Part shown: positions 1-12,537 of the stretch, piece after piece
Layout of the letters: every line of letters starts with the position of its first letter
Numbering within the stretch: the stretch's first letter is position 1
From: Eledone cirrhosa
Lineage: Eukaryota
Direction of reading: 5' to 3'
NCBI GenBank assembly: GCA_964016885.1
Contig: OZ024741.1
Coordinates: forward strand, 203,794,001 to 203,858,000
Length of the DNA stretch: 64,000 nucleotides
Position numbers and translations under genes: made by a program
The notes under the pieces: generated by a model
Database searches by the model: none
What the model was told of the DNA's origin: nothing
What the model saw: the letters and a program-made list of their open reading frames with translations, nothing else

Positions 1-2100
1 TATTTTTAGCAGTCTTATGTTAGTTGGCGTTTTGATTGGTGCTGGTATTATGTAGTCCTGTTGTGAAATGTCTGTGTGTTCAATTATGTAAGTCATTAGT
101 TTCTTGTTGTGTGTGTTTATTGCCGTGCATTTGTTTTTCTGGGGGTGGGGTGTGGTTCTGCTATTTTCTTGTCGTTGTTGCTGGGTGTGTGTGTTTTGTT
201 GTTGTGTTTGCGATGTTGGTGCTTGTGGTGGTGGTGTTGAAGGTGTTGTTGGCGGTGGGGTTGTCGCCGGTGGTGATGGTGGTGCTGGTGTGGGTGGTGA
301 TGGTGTTGGTGGTGTTGCTGCTGTGGGTCTCTTTGCAGTAGACTTTACCCTTTTCTCATTTCTTTCCTCCCTTTTCAAAGGCGACGATGCGCTGCTTCTG
401 CGTTTGTGCCTTCTTGCGACCTTTTGCCATCCCTCTCCCACCTCACACTCCATGTCTGATTCTGTAAGGTCGGGGAGGGGTACCAGCTCCACTCTTTCAC
501 TTGTTGTTGTTGGTGATGTTTGCACTGGAGTCTCTGTTGCAGCTGCATTTGGTATTGCTGTTGTTGATGTTGTTAATATTTCCACTGCTGCTGCTGTCTT
601 TGATTTCCGTGGAGTGGGTATGGGTGCCACGGACCTATCGTTCCTGGTTGCCGCTTGTCCTGTTGCTGGTAGCCGTGGAGCCGGATTCGGAAGGAGGGGG
701 GTTTTCTCCTTTCTCAGGGTCTTCTCGTTGCAGAAGGCCCTGAGGTGAGTCTTCGATCCACAGCGAAAGCATTTCGGGCGTTTGCCCTCAACACTTATGG
801 GCAGTTGAGTGCCGTTATCGAAGTCTATCACATCCGGGATAGCTTCGATGCACTCCTGGTTGGTTTGGATTAGCATCTCAATGGAGGAGCCGACCCAATC
901 TTCTCTTACTTTTTTCTGTACTTGCAGTACAGTTGTTTTGTCCTCGATTCCGACGAGGACAGACGCGGCCAGCCAAGAAGGGGTCATTCCGGGGGGGACG
1001 TGGGTCAGTTTGACCCTCACAATTTTTTGCCCGCAGTAGGAGGGCACCAACACCATTTCCTCGCTCCTTAGGGTCACTACTGATTGGGCCTTTGCCTCCT
1101 GGGGTGTGGCAAAAAGTACGTCTACGGTGGCGTATTTTTTGCCTCGGGTGATGTGCGTTTTCCTCTGCCACACAGACCCCAAGGCTTTTTGTATTTGGGC
1201 CTCTGTGGCTCTTTCCACCCTACGGGATTTTGTACTTACTGTACGGTACGTGACCGTACAGTGCTCTTGGGTTTCGAAAAAATTTTTCGCTGCCTTGCAG
1301 ATTGCTCGGTGTCCGTTCTTTGTCACCATCTTCTTCGCTTCCTCTAATTCCTCATTTGTTATGAGGATTGTTTCCAAGTTTTTCGCAATACCTGCAAATG
1401 AGATTGGTTTTTCTCTGCTGTTGTTGTTGTCGTCAGAGCTGCTGGTACTTTTGTTGTTGCTGCAGGTACTACGACTACTGCCTCCGCCGCTGTTGCTGTG
1501 GTTGTTGTTGGTGTTGCTGCTGCTAATGCTGTTTTTGTTTATGCTGCTGGTGATGCTGTTGCGGCTGCTACTGTTGTTTTCATTGTCACTGTTGCTGTTG
1601 TTATTACGGCTGCTACTGCTATTATTCCTGACGTCAGACGAATGAACTGGGTTTTCGTATTTCCCGCACACCTGTTTCGTCGCTGTCGTCGTCGTCGTGG
1701 AGAAACCTTGCACGCTTTGCACGAGACTTTTCTTTTCTTTCGTCGCTTGCGAAAGAGAAGGGAGGGAGAGAGACACATTTAAAGAAGGGAGGGAGAGAGA
1801 CAATCTTCTCTCTGCTGTAGTGATGATTGAGGAAGAAGAAGACGGAATGAGTGGGAGTGACGTATGAAATTTCTTTTTCGTAGCCATGTTTTTTTGTTTA
1901 AAATGAAATTTTGGGTACAAAACCCCAATAACTGGTTATTTAACCCCGAAGGGCCAAATAACGGACAGAAAGACCCCTCTCACGAGGAGGAGGGTGTCTT
2001 TATCAACAATTTGGTTCAAGTTTTAAACAATTTACAATTGTTTTAACGGTTAAAAATTACTATACCTTACAGAGCCGAGCCTCCGTCAACCATGGCATTC
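1..2100 (-). mobile_element. 5' part (5'UTR + ORF1) of a Tx1-like L1-clade non-LTR retrotransposon, running off the left edge
   Basis: Minus-strand translation near 730-800 gives ISVEGKRPKCFRCGSKTHLRAFC (CCHC knuckle), matching IVEGRRPRCVVCGEGTHLRAFC in ORF1 of the element at 56372-61601. It has the same Thr/Pro/Asn low-complexity tracts and RGKKYATVDV / GQKIVRVK motifs. Its 5' end abuts (AAT)n at 2101. Confidence 0.85.

Positions 2101-2140
<40 letters not shown>
2101..2140. repeat. (AAT)n microsatellite used as a retrotransposon target
   Basis: About 13 AAT units between the Tx1-like 5' end and the 5'-truncated R4/Dong-like copy. Confidence 0.95.
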
Positions 2141-3641
2141 TATCTAGGTGTTTGTGAAGGAGACGGAATCAAGCACTCGACAATGAAGGAAATGATAAGG
2201 AAGGAATGTTACCGCAGAGTAAGAGCAATCTTAAGAACGGAATTGAATGCAAGGAATAGGATTGATGCCATAAACACGCTTGCCATACCAGTAGTAACCT
2301 ACAGTTACAATATCATCAACTGGTCAAGCACAGAGATCCGTAGGCTCGATACAAAAATTCGAAAATTCTTAACCATGCACAGAATGCATCACCCTAAGGC
2401 AGATACAGATAGAATATATCTCCCTAGGAAAGAAGGAGGACGTGGGTTAATCCAGTTAGACATTGCGTTGAAAACTGCAACAATTGGATTATCTACATAT
2501 CTAAGGGAATCACATGATTGGATGATCAAACTCGTTTTGAAACACGAAAGCATCAGAAGATCATATTCCTTTACAAAAGATGCACAAAGATACAGTAATG
2601 GACTACAAATTTCAGAAGTCCCATTTACTGCTGAAATGGAAAACACAGAAAAAGCAAAGCAGGTAAAAGTAACTGCAAAGAAAGAACTGCTACAGAAACT
2701 GACTAAGAAATGGCAAGAAAAGCCTCTGTATGGAAAATACCCAGAGCGAGCTAACAATCCTGATGTTGACAAAACTATAACCCATCAGTGGTTGGCATCC
2801 TCTGGACTGAAATCGGAGACTGAAGGACTGATTATATCAGCACAAGATCAGTGTCTGCCAACAAAAAATTACCAAGCCAACATAATAAAAAATGGATGCA
2901 GCCCATTATGCCGTGTATGCAAAAAACAACCAGAGACCATTAACCATATAATTTCAATGTGCAGTCCTATAGCTCCAACCGAATACCTAAACAGGCATGA
3001 CAGAGCTGCACAATACATACATTGGATAATGTGTAAGCATTTTGACCTGCCCCATCAAAAGAATTGGTGGGAGCATCAACCACCTCCCATACTTGAAAAA
3101 GATCACATCTCAATCTTGTGGAACTTTAGCATCCAAACAGACCAAAAAATAGATGCAAATAGACCTGATATAATATTGAAGGACTTTAAAAAGAGGGTAT
3201 GCCTGCTAATTGATATGTCTGTTCCAATAGACAAGAATGTATCTATAAAAACATTTGAAAAATTGAGCAAGTATAAGGACCTGGAGATAGAAATTGGAAA
3301 AATGTGGAAATTGAGAACTAAAACAATACCAGTGGTTGTAGGCGCTCTGGGAATGATACCTAAGGGGTCTAATGATTACTTATCGCAAATCCCAGGAAAC
3401 CCGCGTATAGGAGAAATACAAAAGATAGTACTAATGGGAACTGCCCATATACTAAGGAAGATTCTGTCAATATAAGTACATCACAAGTCTAAACACTAAA
3501 GATGCATGTGTGAATATGTATGTTCTTTCTTGAACATGGCGGACCTTGTTGTCTCTTGAGGTCACTGGTTGTGACTTGGTGATAACTCGTATGAACATAA
3601 AGCAAGATAAATACAACTGTAATAATAATAATAATAATAAT
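2141..3641 (+). mobile_element. 5'-truncated R4/Dong-like non-LTR retrotransposon (RT thumb, CCHC, restriction-like endonuclease)
   Basis: ORF 2183-3475 has YLG upstream, RIYLPRKEGGRGL, CRVC..ETINHIISMC, RHD, NRPDIIL..LIDMSVP, EKLSKYKDL and IPVVVGALG. It ends in a (TAA)n tail at about 3620-3640 and starts in (AAT)n. Confidence 0.9.
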
Positions 3642-4109
3642 ATATAGATACCTTTTAAAATGATTAATCTGATTAATCAGATTAATCATTTTAAAAGGTA
3701 TCTGTATTTGAAGTTCTAGATAAACTTTAATTGGTTACCTACCTAGCTATGTGTGCTTACATTCTTTACAAATTATTCCCTGTGATTGTTTCATATGTTT
3801 ATTTTATATATATGTCAATCTATTTCTAGTATATATATATATATTCAAAACAGGGGTCACACAGGGCAAAGACAACGGAAAAACGGACAACCCTATTTCC
3901 TACGTCAACCCCAGGAAGTCACTACAATTTCGGTTTTATTAAGGTTGATACTTTTCAATCCAGTGCTCATTAGGACGCAACAAAACAAGTAGAGATAAAG
4001 GCAGAACTAGTTATGGCTTTCGGCGAATTATACAAATAAGTACGAATAAATATCCCAAGTGCATCAACCGAGAAAGCCCGGTGTGTGAGGGCTATATATA
4101 TGGATATAT

Positions 4110-4212
<103 letters not shown>

Positions 4213-4279
4213 GTAGAACACTGGAAAGTAATATCCGTAGTGGTAGAGCACTCAGTCCATGGGGCGAGTTAGGTAGAAA

Positions 4280-4392
4280 TGGTTACACAACAGTTAGTTC
4301 ACCATACCGAGAACAATTGTTTCACCTTAGCGAAAGATCCGTTAAGGTGAAACAATTGTTCTCGGTATGGTGAACTAACTGTTGTGTAACCA
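4280..4392. repeat. Fold-back inverted repeat of a Penelope-like terminal module
   Basis: tggttacacaacagttagttcaccataccgagaacaattgtttcacctta is followed by its reverse complement. The same module recurs at about 9313-9382 and 51240-51425/51925-52105, always inside (TA)n. Confidence 0.8.
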
Positions 4393-4393
4393 C

Positions 4394-4429
<36 letters not shown>

Positions 4430-4455
<26 letters not shown>

Positions 4456-4671
4456 CTTGGGGAGGGTTATATTGTTGTAATAATATTGCCAGAATAATAA
4501 CAGAACACACTCACTGTGGTTGGTTTTCGCTTCTGTATCTTTTATATCAAATACAGATATAAATATATATATATATAGTCTATCAAAGTTCTTTCATTGC
4601 ACACCTACAACATCATCATGGAACTATTATGTTCCCTCCTATTGTATTGTAATGTCTACGCCATTTTTATT

Positions 4672-4702
<31 letters not shown>

Positions 4703-6065
4703 TTTCTTCTTGTCTCAGTCTCTGCGCATGCGTTTGCGTGTGTGAATAATGTTGGTGTGTGTATAATGTTTGGTGTGTGTGTGTGTGTGTGTGTGTTCGC
4801 GTTTGAGTGTATGTTTTTTTTTGTTTTTGTATTCTATCTTTGTTTACTAATGTGTGTTTATATGTGTTTGTTGTTATTGTACTTGTGTATATATTTATTT
4901 ATTTATATTTCCATTAAGTCAGTATTGTTTGTTTGGGTATGGTTTTTGTTGTTATTCCATCTATTTTTTTCTGTTTAACTTTGGTCTTCTTAGCTCTATC
5001 TCACTTGCTTCTCTGATTTGCCTACCTATTGAGTCATTTCTATGCTTAGATATTATTTTAATTTCTATGTTGTCTATATTACCATCATGTCTGGCGTGTT
5101 CATATAGTACTGAACCGTTTTTTTCCCCTTTTATTTCCCCCCAGTGTTGGTCTATTCTTTCTCCTATGCTTCGAGCTGTCTCACCTATGTATATCGTTGT
5201 CATGTTTCTGATAGTACCCTCTGTACATCTTATGGTATATCTGTATTTATATCTGTATTTCTATATTATATGTATAAAAATACAGATATAATATATTACA
5301 TCTTCTATTTATATCTGTATTTTTAACCGTTGGTCAATTGATGATAAACATTGATTGCCAAATAAATTAACTATGGAGATATAAAAGATACAGTAGCGAA
5401 AACCAACCAAACAGTGAGTGTTATTATTTCTGGCAATATTATTACAACAATATGACCCCCCCCCCCCCCAAGTATAACAATATTTGTTATCGACACATGA
5501 TTTCATATCAAAAACCTCGCAAAACAAATATATGTATATATATGTATATATATAACATGTCTATTGAGCACTCTTATTCGATATGTGATTTTCCACATTC
5601 CCGAATATTTTTCGCGGATATAGAGGTTATCTCCCTTGCTGGATTCCATGTGCGTTTTCAGCTAGGGTTGGCTTTTTTATTCGTCTGGACAAAGCTCGTT
5701 GATAAAGTATTTCCTGTCCGCCGCTCTCTAGAAGTCTTATATATTTTTATGTGGGCTGATAGTGGGCGGTTTAAGGATTTACAGAAACCCAAGAAGCTAG
5801 ATTTACCATCTTTCTAGTGGGTCCGGGTAAGCTTTTTACATTCACATGATTTATTGATTTATTGATATTTTATCTGAGTGACCCGAATCTTCCTGATCGT
5901 AATTTTTCGGTCGTATGGTTGATTTTAGACATAATCTATGTGTGTTGGTATTTTAACGATAGTTATAGCTCTGATTTCTCTGAATTATTGAGCCCTCTGC
6001 CACTCATGTCGAATTTTGTTTATCGTGAACTCGTGCGCCGATTTTTCGATACTCGATTATTCTAC
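4430..6065 (-). mobile_element. Penelope-like element remnants (GIY-YIG endonuclease and terminal repeat pieces)
   Basis: ORF 4961-5203(-) reads IYIGETARSIGERIDQH...IREASEI..RRPKLNRK (GIY-YIG C-terminal half). Flanking segments recur inverted at 5310-5530 and again at about 48300-48870. Confidence 0.75.
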
Positions 6066-6362
6066 TATATATATATATATATATATACATATGGATAGAT
6101 AGATAGAGAGAGATAGGTAGATACATACATACATTCAAACATAGATAGATATTATAATCATCCGGTATTAAAAAAAAACATGTGTTTTCACTAATACCAC
6201 ACACACATACACACACGCATACAGAAACACACACATACACACATTCTTATCATCCCCTTTCTATAAGGACTTGTTTCATCAAAGGATTAAAAAGATCTTC
6301 GGCGTTACTTTTTCCACCACCACAGCTCTCTCTCTCTCCTTCTCTTTTCTCCCGCTGTATTC

Positions 6363-6428
<66 letters not shown>

Positions 6429-6849
6429 CTCTATCTATCTATCTCTCTCTCCTTTCTCTCTGTATCTCTCTCTACTTCTGTCCCTGTCGCTCTCTCTTTC
6501 TCTCTCTTTCTCTCTTTGTTCTCTCTTTCTCTCTGTTTCTCTTTCTTTTCTCTCTGTTTCTCTTTCTTTTCTCTCTTTCTCTTTCTTTTCTCTCTTTCTC
6601 TCATTCTCTTTCTCACTCTTTCTCTCTCTCTCCTTTACGCACGCACACACAGACACACACACACACATACATACACACACATACACACACATCTACACAC
6701 ACACATACACTCCAGCGTGACCGACGTTACAATGGTCAGTGCTATAACAATTGATTCTACAAGCAAGAACATATGTATAAGAACTCTTTACAACAGATTT
6801 TATAAAAATGTTCGGATTAATGTTGTAACTTGATGAGAACGGAATTCTA

Positions 6850-7330
6850 ATAGGAGACTGTTGAGATCAATGAAGTGAATATATAGAGCGCAGGCCGGTT
6901 CCCCCGACATTCTGCTCTCAATAACATATTGAGAAGGAGACTGGACGCTGCTGGATTCCAATCCCAACTGGAGCCAGTCGGTCTAGACTGCGAAGAGAGC
7001 AAGCGTTCTGATGGAATCACCCTCTTTTCATTTGAAGGAGGTAGATATCTCATCTGGGACACCATATTTTGAGACACGTTCTCCACCTCCAACTTAGAGT
7101 CTTCGGCCATAAACCCCGGTACCACGGTGTCCAGAGGAAAGGAAGATAAACAAATACCTGGAATTCCCCGGCCGCTTCCTCTTCGTACCGGTCACCGTCG
7201 AGACCTCAGACGTACTTGGACCCCGTACTGCCGAGATTTCGCAAGATTGGAACGTCGGCGCCCTGTCTATTTAAGTGGAAATGGTGGAAATGCTTTTGCG
7301 TCCTGTCCGCGGGGCGCAGCCCCATTACGA
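6850..7330 (+). mobile_element. CRE-clade-like non-LTR retrotransposon 3' fragment (RLE domain), degenerate
   Basis: + strand translation gives NNILRRRLDAAGFQSQLEPVGLDCEESKRSDGITLFSFEGGRYLIWD, homologous to 11760-12350(-). Confidence 0.7.
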
Positions 7331-7551
7331 CCGCGCCCTGGGCCCAGACCCAATCACCCTCCCCTCCTAATTCTTCTGTGATACTAGTGTCCTTCCTTTT
7401 CCGTTTTTTTTAAATATATTTCCTTATTTTACATTCCATTCTTTCTTCTCAATCTAATTATTTTCCCTTTTTCTATTAAATTGTATTTAAAGTTTAAATA
7501 AGGATGAACAATCTGGGATTAAGCAGATATATATATATAATTAATACTCAC

Positions 7552-7653
7552 GTGTCATATTTGGTGGAGCATGAATCTGTAGAAGAAAGAATTGCTTCTT
7601 CGATCCTACAGGGATTCCGTATTCTTCATAGTACAAAAACATTTGAGTCGGTG
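7552..7653 (-). pseudogene. Exon 4 of degenerate PHM/Cu type II monooxygenase-like gene
   Basis: Reads (A)PTQMFLYYEEYGIPVGSKKQFFLLQIHAPPNMT, resembling the PHM GxxVG...YFVLQVHY segment. Perfect GTGAGT donor. The acceptor position reads ttttatttcAT instead of AG. Phase 1 matches the preceding exon. Confidence 0.65.
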
Positions 7654-7908
7654 ATGAAATAAAATGGAATCATTAATAGGGATTATTATATAATCCTATA
7701 TTATATATTTATGTGTATAATATTTATATTAGCAGTTTGACTTATTTGCACATTACCAGCGGTTTCATGACGTAATGCGGAGATAAATCAAGCTGTTAAT
7801 ATAAATAATCTCAATTTCCATATTACGTGTTGATTCCTCTTTTCTTTTCGTTTATATACATAGCTGTATATATATAATATATTATATATTATATATTATA
7901 TATTATAT

Positions 7909-7964
<56 letters not shown>

Positions 7965-7969
<5 letters not shown>

Positions 7970-8697
7970 TTAAGTCGTTTGGAAGCCTCGACAATGCAAA
8001 TGGGTAAATCTCCGGGTAACAAGATCCGGTGGTGGAGAGAGAGATGTAAGTGGGTGTACGTTGAGATGCGTCGTGTGTATAAGATATGTGAGATGTGTAG
8101 AATGAAGGGAAGAGTATAAAGGATAAAATAAAAATAACAACACAAGAGACAACTACACACACGCACACACACACAGTAGCATTCCACCTACGAACATACT
8201 ACACTGCAAATACAGAGGAACAAGGCAACAACACACGCACACACAGTAACATTTAACAAACAGGGAGAGAATGGACTGACAGCTAGCGCCATCCCACTCC
8301 CTCATTCGGCCGCTGACCTCTGTACGACCGACCCCATTTCACGCGCACGCGCGCTCTGCCGAATACCTCAGATATTCAAAACAACAAGCAGCGAAGGACG
8401 CGTTCCGTACTTGTCCGACAGACAACCTTTTCCCCCACCCGAAAAAAAACACAGTTGATGGATGTGAATCCGAAATATATAGGGACTATTAAATCTCTCC
8501 CAAGGTAACTCTCTCTTGTGTTGTTATTTTTATTTTATCCTTTATACTCTTCCCTTCGTTCTACACATCTCACACATCTTATACACACCACGCATCTCAA
8601 CGTACACCCACTTACATCTCTCTCTCCACCACCAGACCTTGTTACCCGGAGATTTACCCATTTGCATTGTCGAGGCTTCCAAACGACTTAAAGATAT
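7965..8697. repeat. Inverted repeat pair (about 7965-8150 and 8510-8697) around a ~360 bp spacer; probable Penelope-like 5' inversion
   Basis: ORFs 7903-8187(-) and 8516-8839(+) translate to near-identical strings (CCYFYFILYTLPF..HISHILY...). Confidence 0.75.
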
Positions 8698-8736
8698 TTA
8701 CTTATTGTTCCACAATGCTTTAAGAAAACTTCAATA

Positions 8737-8787
<51 letters not shown>

Positions 8788-8910
8788 TGTTATACTTTGG
8801 GAGGGTCATGCTGCCAATAAAAACACAATCACCTGTTGATTTTCACGTCAATTTATTATAAGTTTCCGGCTGGTTGGTTGGTTCGATAACTGGAAAGTTG
8901 TTTATATTTT

Positions 8911-8953
8911 GTCAAAGCTCTTTCGTCACATATTCTGTGACCTCCTCAGTGAC
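8911..8953 (-). ncRNA. Putative minimal type I hammerhead ribozyme in a Penelope-like terminal repeat
   Basis: Minus strand: gtca-CTGAGGA-g gtcaca gaata tgtgac-GAAA-gagc-TT-tgac, i.e. stem I, CUGANGA core, stem II hairpin, GAAA, short stem III and a UH site. A degenerate inverted partner lies at about 9008-9050. Confidence 0.6.
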
Positions 8954-9239
8954 TAAGTTTTCATTTTGTGTCTCCCCATGTTCTGTCCCACAGAACAAAG
9001 GAGAGTTACTGAGAAGGTCATGGAATGTGTGACGAAAGAATTTTGACAATATATAAACAACCATCTGGTTATCGGACCAACCAACCAATCAACCGGAAAT
9101 TTATAATAAACTGAATTGAAAACCAACAGGTGCGGGCGTTTTTATTGGCAGCATGATCCTCCCAAAGTATAACGATATATATCTACATATATATATATGT
9201 ATATATATATGTGTATGTGTGTGTATGTGTGCGTGTGTG

Positions 9240-9316
<77 letters not shown>

Positions 9317-9414
9317 GTAGTAACACAACAGTTAGTTCCCCATACCGAGATATGGTGAACTAACTGTTGTGTTACTACTTCTGATAAACAATTTCTACCA
9401 CTTACAGTGTTCTA

Positions 9415-9478
<64 letters not shown>

Positions 9479-9481
<3 letters not shown>

Positions 9482-9804
9482 ACGTTTGGATTTGTAAAGC
9501 CAAAACAATGCAGGTATGGACATAGAATATAAATGAAATGCAAAAGATATTGTTGACAATTAGTCTTTTACCTTAAATTTATTTAAATGTCCTTAATTTT
9601 CGAGATAATATCTCTTTTTGCAAGCTATTTAGAACACTGGTTTAACAGCTTTACTTCCCTCCGAAGAAGAGATATTATCTCGAAAATTAAGGACATTTAA
9701 ATAAATTTAAGGTAAAAGACTAATTGTCAACAAAATCTTTTGCATTTGCATTTATATTCTATGTCCATATCTGCATTGTTTTGGCTTTACAAATACAAAC
9801 GTTT
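9479..9804. repeat. ~140 bp-arm fold-back palindrome with a short spacer (Penelope-type)
   Basis: aaacgtttggatttgtaaagcc...ttttcgagataatatctct is mirrored by agagatattatctcgaaaa...ggctttacaaatacaaacgttt. Confidence 0.85.
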
Positions 9805-10597
9805 ATACCTCATTACACAATGATTCAAGTGAACTATAACTTCCTCCATATATTTATATATATATATATATATATATAGCGCATATCAAAAATTGTTGGT
9901 AAGTCCATTGTCTATTTGTTTCCAATGTAATTTTTTACGTACTTATTGCTGTTTTGTAGAAAAACACCATTACATTTTCATGTCCATTCTTTGCTTTGTT
10001 ATCGTCTCACATGAATCTTACCAACATAGCGGTTCTTTAATTTTGGCGCAAACTTGGATCATAAGTAAAAAATTGTACGCCAGTGAGGTGGCTGACTATG
10101 TAAATATGCAACTGTCTGTTTGTTTTATGTAACTGTGTGCTTTTTCTGATGTTACATATATACTGGAATTTAAAACAGGCGAAAATATATAGTTCTTACG
10201 CCTATATACATGGGTTGATTAGCCTCATTTGCATATGGAGCTGTCAGGCCGGCCGAGCCTGAAAATAGAATTAAAGTTTTCGCTCTGGCATAGCTATATA
10301 ATTATAAGTATGTTAATTTTGTATATGTAGTGATATAGTGATTCCTGCAGAAGCAGTAGAGAATAACTATCGACGATCGTTTCTGACTAGTGGCTGTTAA
10401 CAAGATAGTATATATATATATATGTGTGTATGTGTGTGTGCGTGTGTGCATAGATAGACAGATAAATAGATAAATAGTAGTTCAATAGATAGATAGATAG
10501 ATAGATAGATAGATGCAAATCATGAGCTCCTACACATCTGACTGCACATATAGAAGACCAGAGACCAGAGACGTTCAACTTAAACTAGAAGACAGCT

Positions 10598-10780
10598 TTC
10601 AGATATCCAGATGAGACATCCAACGCTAAACTCGTAAGTGACGTGTAGAAATTTAAAGACAGTGACTCAAATTTCACTATTAAATGGAAGATGCTAGAAA
10701 GATCCTGACCCTATACAAAAAGCTCGGGACATGTCAGTTGTGTACGACGGAAAGATGGGATACATTGAGAAAGCTGTACT
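10598..10780 (+). mobile_element. Penelope-like GIY-YIG C-terminal remnant
   Basis: Degenerate translation AKLVSDV*KFKDSDSNFTIKWKMLERS*PY...CQLCTTER. Confidence 0.55.
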
Positions 10781-10910
10781 ACTCCACAATCTATCTTATG
10801 TCTTATTACACCCGTCACATCTAACCATTGATATAATTCCTCTTGTGTCATCTGACCATATTTTTATTGAGTTAATCAAATGTGTGTGCTGAAGACATGT
10901 TTAGACCTAC

Positions 10911-11005
10911 CTTTTGGTAAATGCCATCCTGAAGCGTCCTTTGCCATCGCCCATAATGATTCTCCCTTCCCATATGGGCAGACATCCTCAGGTTTATTGC
11001 AATCC
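10911..11005 (-). pseudogene. Exon 3 of degenerate PHM-like gene
   Basis: tttctttgtAG acceptor and GTAGGT donor. 95 nt, phase 2 to phase 1, encoding DCNKPEDVCPYGKGESLWAMAKDASGWHLPK, comparable to PHM WxC...C...LYAWARDAxxxxLPK. Confidence 0.75.
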
Positions 11006-11759
11006 CTACAAAGAAAGCCAATTTCTTTTAGTTAGATATTCACCTCCTGAAGAACCGGCTCCGCAACCTTATTTCCATTATCTAGCGCCCAATTATAAAT
11101 ATAGCAATATCTCCTGTTCTATGGCCTATTAATATAGAGTATCATCATCAATATCATCATCATCTATATCATCATCATTATTTTTCGTCGGTTTTCTATG
11201 TTGGTAAGGGTTGAACGGATCGGGACTGTCAGAGATTAGGCGGGTCGAGGTACCATGAGTTCTTCATGTTTCATCTCTGGAATAGTTTCTACAGCTGGAT
11301 GGCCCTCCCAATGCCAACCACTTTACAGAGATTACTGTGCATATTTCATATACTGTGTATATTTTATTTTGTCACCAACACTGCCACGTTACAGAGTGTA
11401 TTGTGTGCATTTTATTGTGGTACCAGCACTACAACTTTACTGAGTACATGTTCATTTTATCGTAGTACCAGTAATTCCACTTCACAGAGTGTACTGATTG
11501 TATTTCATCATGACACCAACACTACTACATGCCGGAGTGTACTGGTTGCGTTTTATCGTAACACCAACACTACCACTTATAATATAACCAACAATAGATT
11601 ATCAGTTAGTGGTTAAAACAAAACGGTAATAACTTGTGTTTAATAGCTTTCTTTCGCAAATTGAATAAAACATGCATAGCAAGTACATAAAACCTGCAGT
11701 CTGATAAATGTGTCCGAACACGGAAGAGCCGAACTCCCACTGTCATCGCCTCTATTTCT

Positions 11760-12355
11760 CGCCCTCCCCATCTTTCTTTTATGAGCAAATGGGGCCCCAC
11801 GTGCTGGTCGCCCCACGGCTCCGGCGGGCAAAATGGAGAAGACGTTTCCTCCCCGGAGGATGGTAAGGGAGATGCGCTGGAAGAGCCATTCCATTTCGCG
11901 AGGCTCATACCTGCGGCTAGCCAGCTCAGCGCCTATGGTGGTATGTACGGAGGGAGCCCTAGGGCCAAGGACACAAGAAGTTTCCACTGCTAGGGGCACG
12001 ACCGCAAACCTGTCGGAGAGCGACCGATACTTGGAAAGTTTGCCTTCCTCAGCCGAGTGCAGCAGAACCTGGGTTAGTCGCCGACTGCACCAGGTTGCGG
12101 CTGGAGAGAGTGTCGCTGCAAGTAGCATCCCAGACAAGGGGTTTGCCACCGCAGAACGGGAAGATGGTCATACCGTCTGGCCTTTTGCTGTCCCCTCGAT
12201 CCATCCCTACCGGCTCAAGATGGGAGGGGAAGCCTGCAGCATCCAAGCCAAGCTTTACGACCTCGTTGAGGGCGGCGTGGCATGGAAGGTGGCCGGCAAT
12301 ATAGCGACAGGAAAGCGAGTGGAGGCCGAAAGAGTCCACGGTGGATCCGCGTGAT
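11760..12355 (-). mobile_element. CRE-clade-like non-LTR retrotransposon 3' fragment
   Basis: HSLSC...HAALNEVVK...LEPVGMDRGDSKRPDGMTIFPFCGGKPLVWDATCSDT and KLSKYRSL..VVPLAVET..LFQRISLTILRG; frameshifted. Confidence 0.8.
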
Positions 12356-12403
12356 TGTTCGAAGATATGATCAAAGTAAGTTCCTTACACTTCCAATAAA
12401 TAC

Positions 12404-12537
12404 CTTTGTCCCTTGCATTAGCTGTCTAGCTTCGCTAAATACAAAGTAAACTCTTAGCCAACAGATTGTAGCTGTTTGATTTCCTTTACATCGTCAACGT
12501 TGTTCAAATATATATCACATTTCTCAGAACTTTTTCT
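12404..12537 (-). pseudogene. Exon 2 of degenerate PHM-like gene (two in-frame TAA)
   Basis: ttttAG acceptor, phase 0 to phase 2. Reads RKSSEKCDIYLNNVDDVKEIKQLQSVG*EFTLYLAKLDS*CKGQR. Phases join exon 1 and exon 3 correctly. The donor is GTATTT, or GTAAGG 15 nt further on in the same phase. Confidence 0.5.

Noticed and set aside
36-1782. Leu/Val-rich + strand ORFs
   Set aside because: Antisense readings of the low-complexity Tx1 ORF1.
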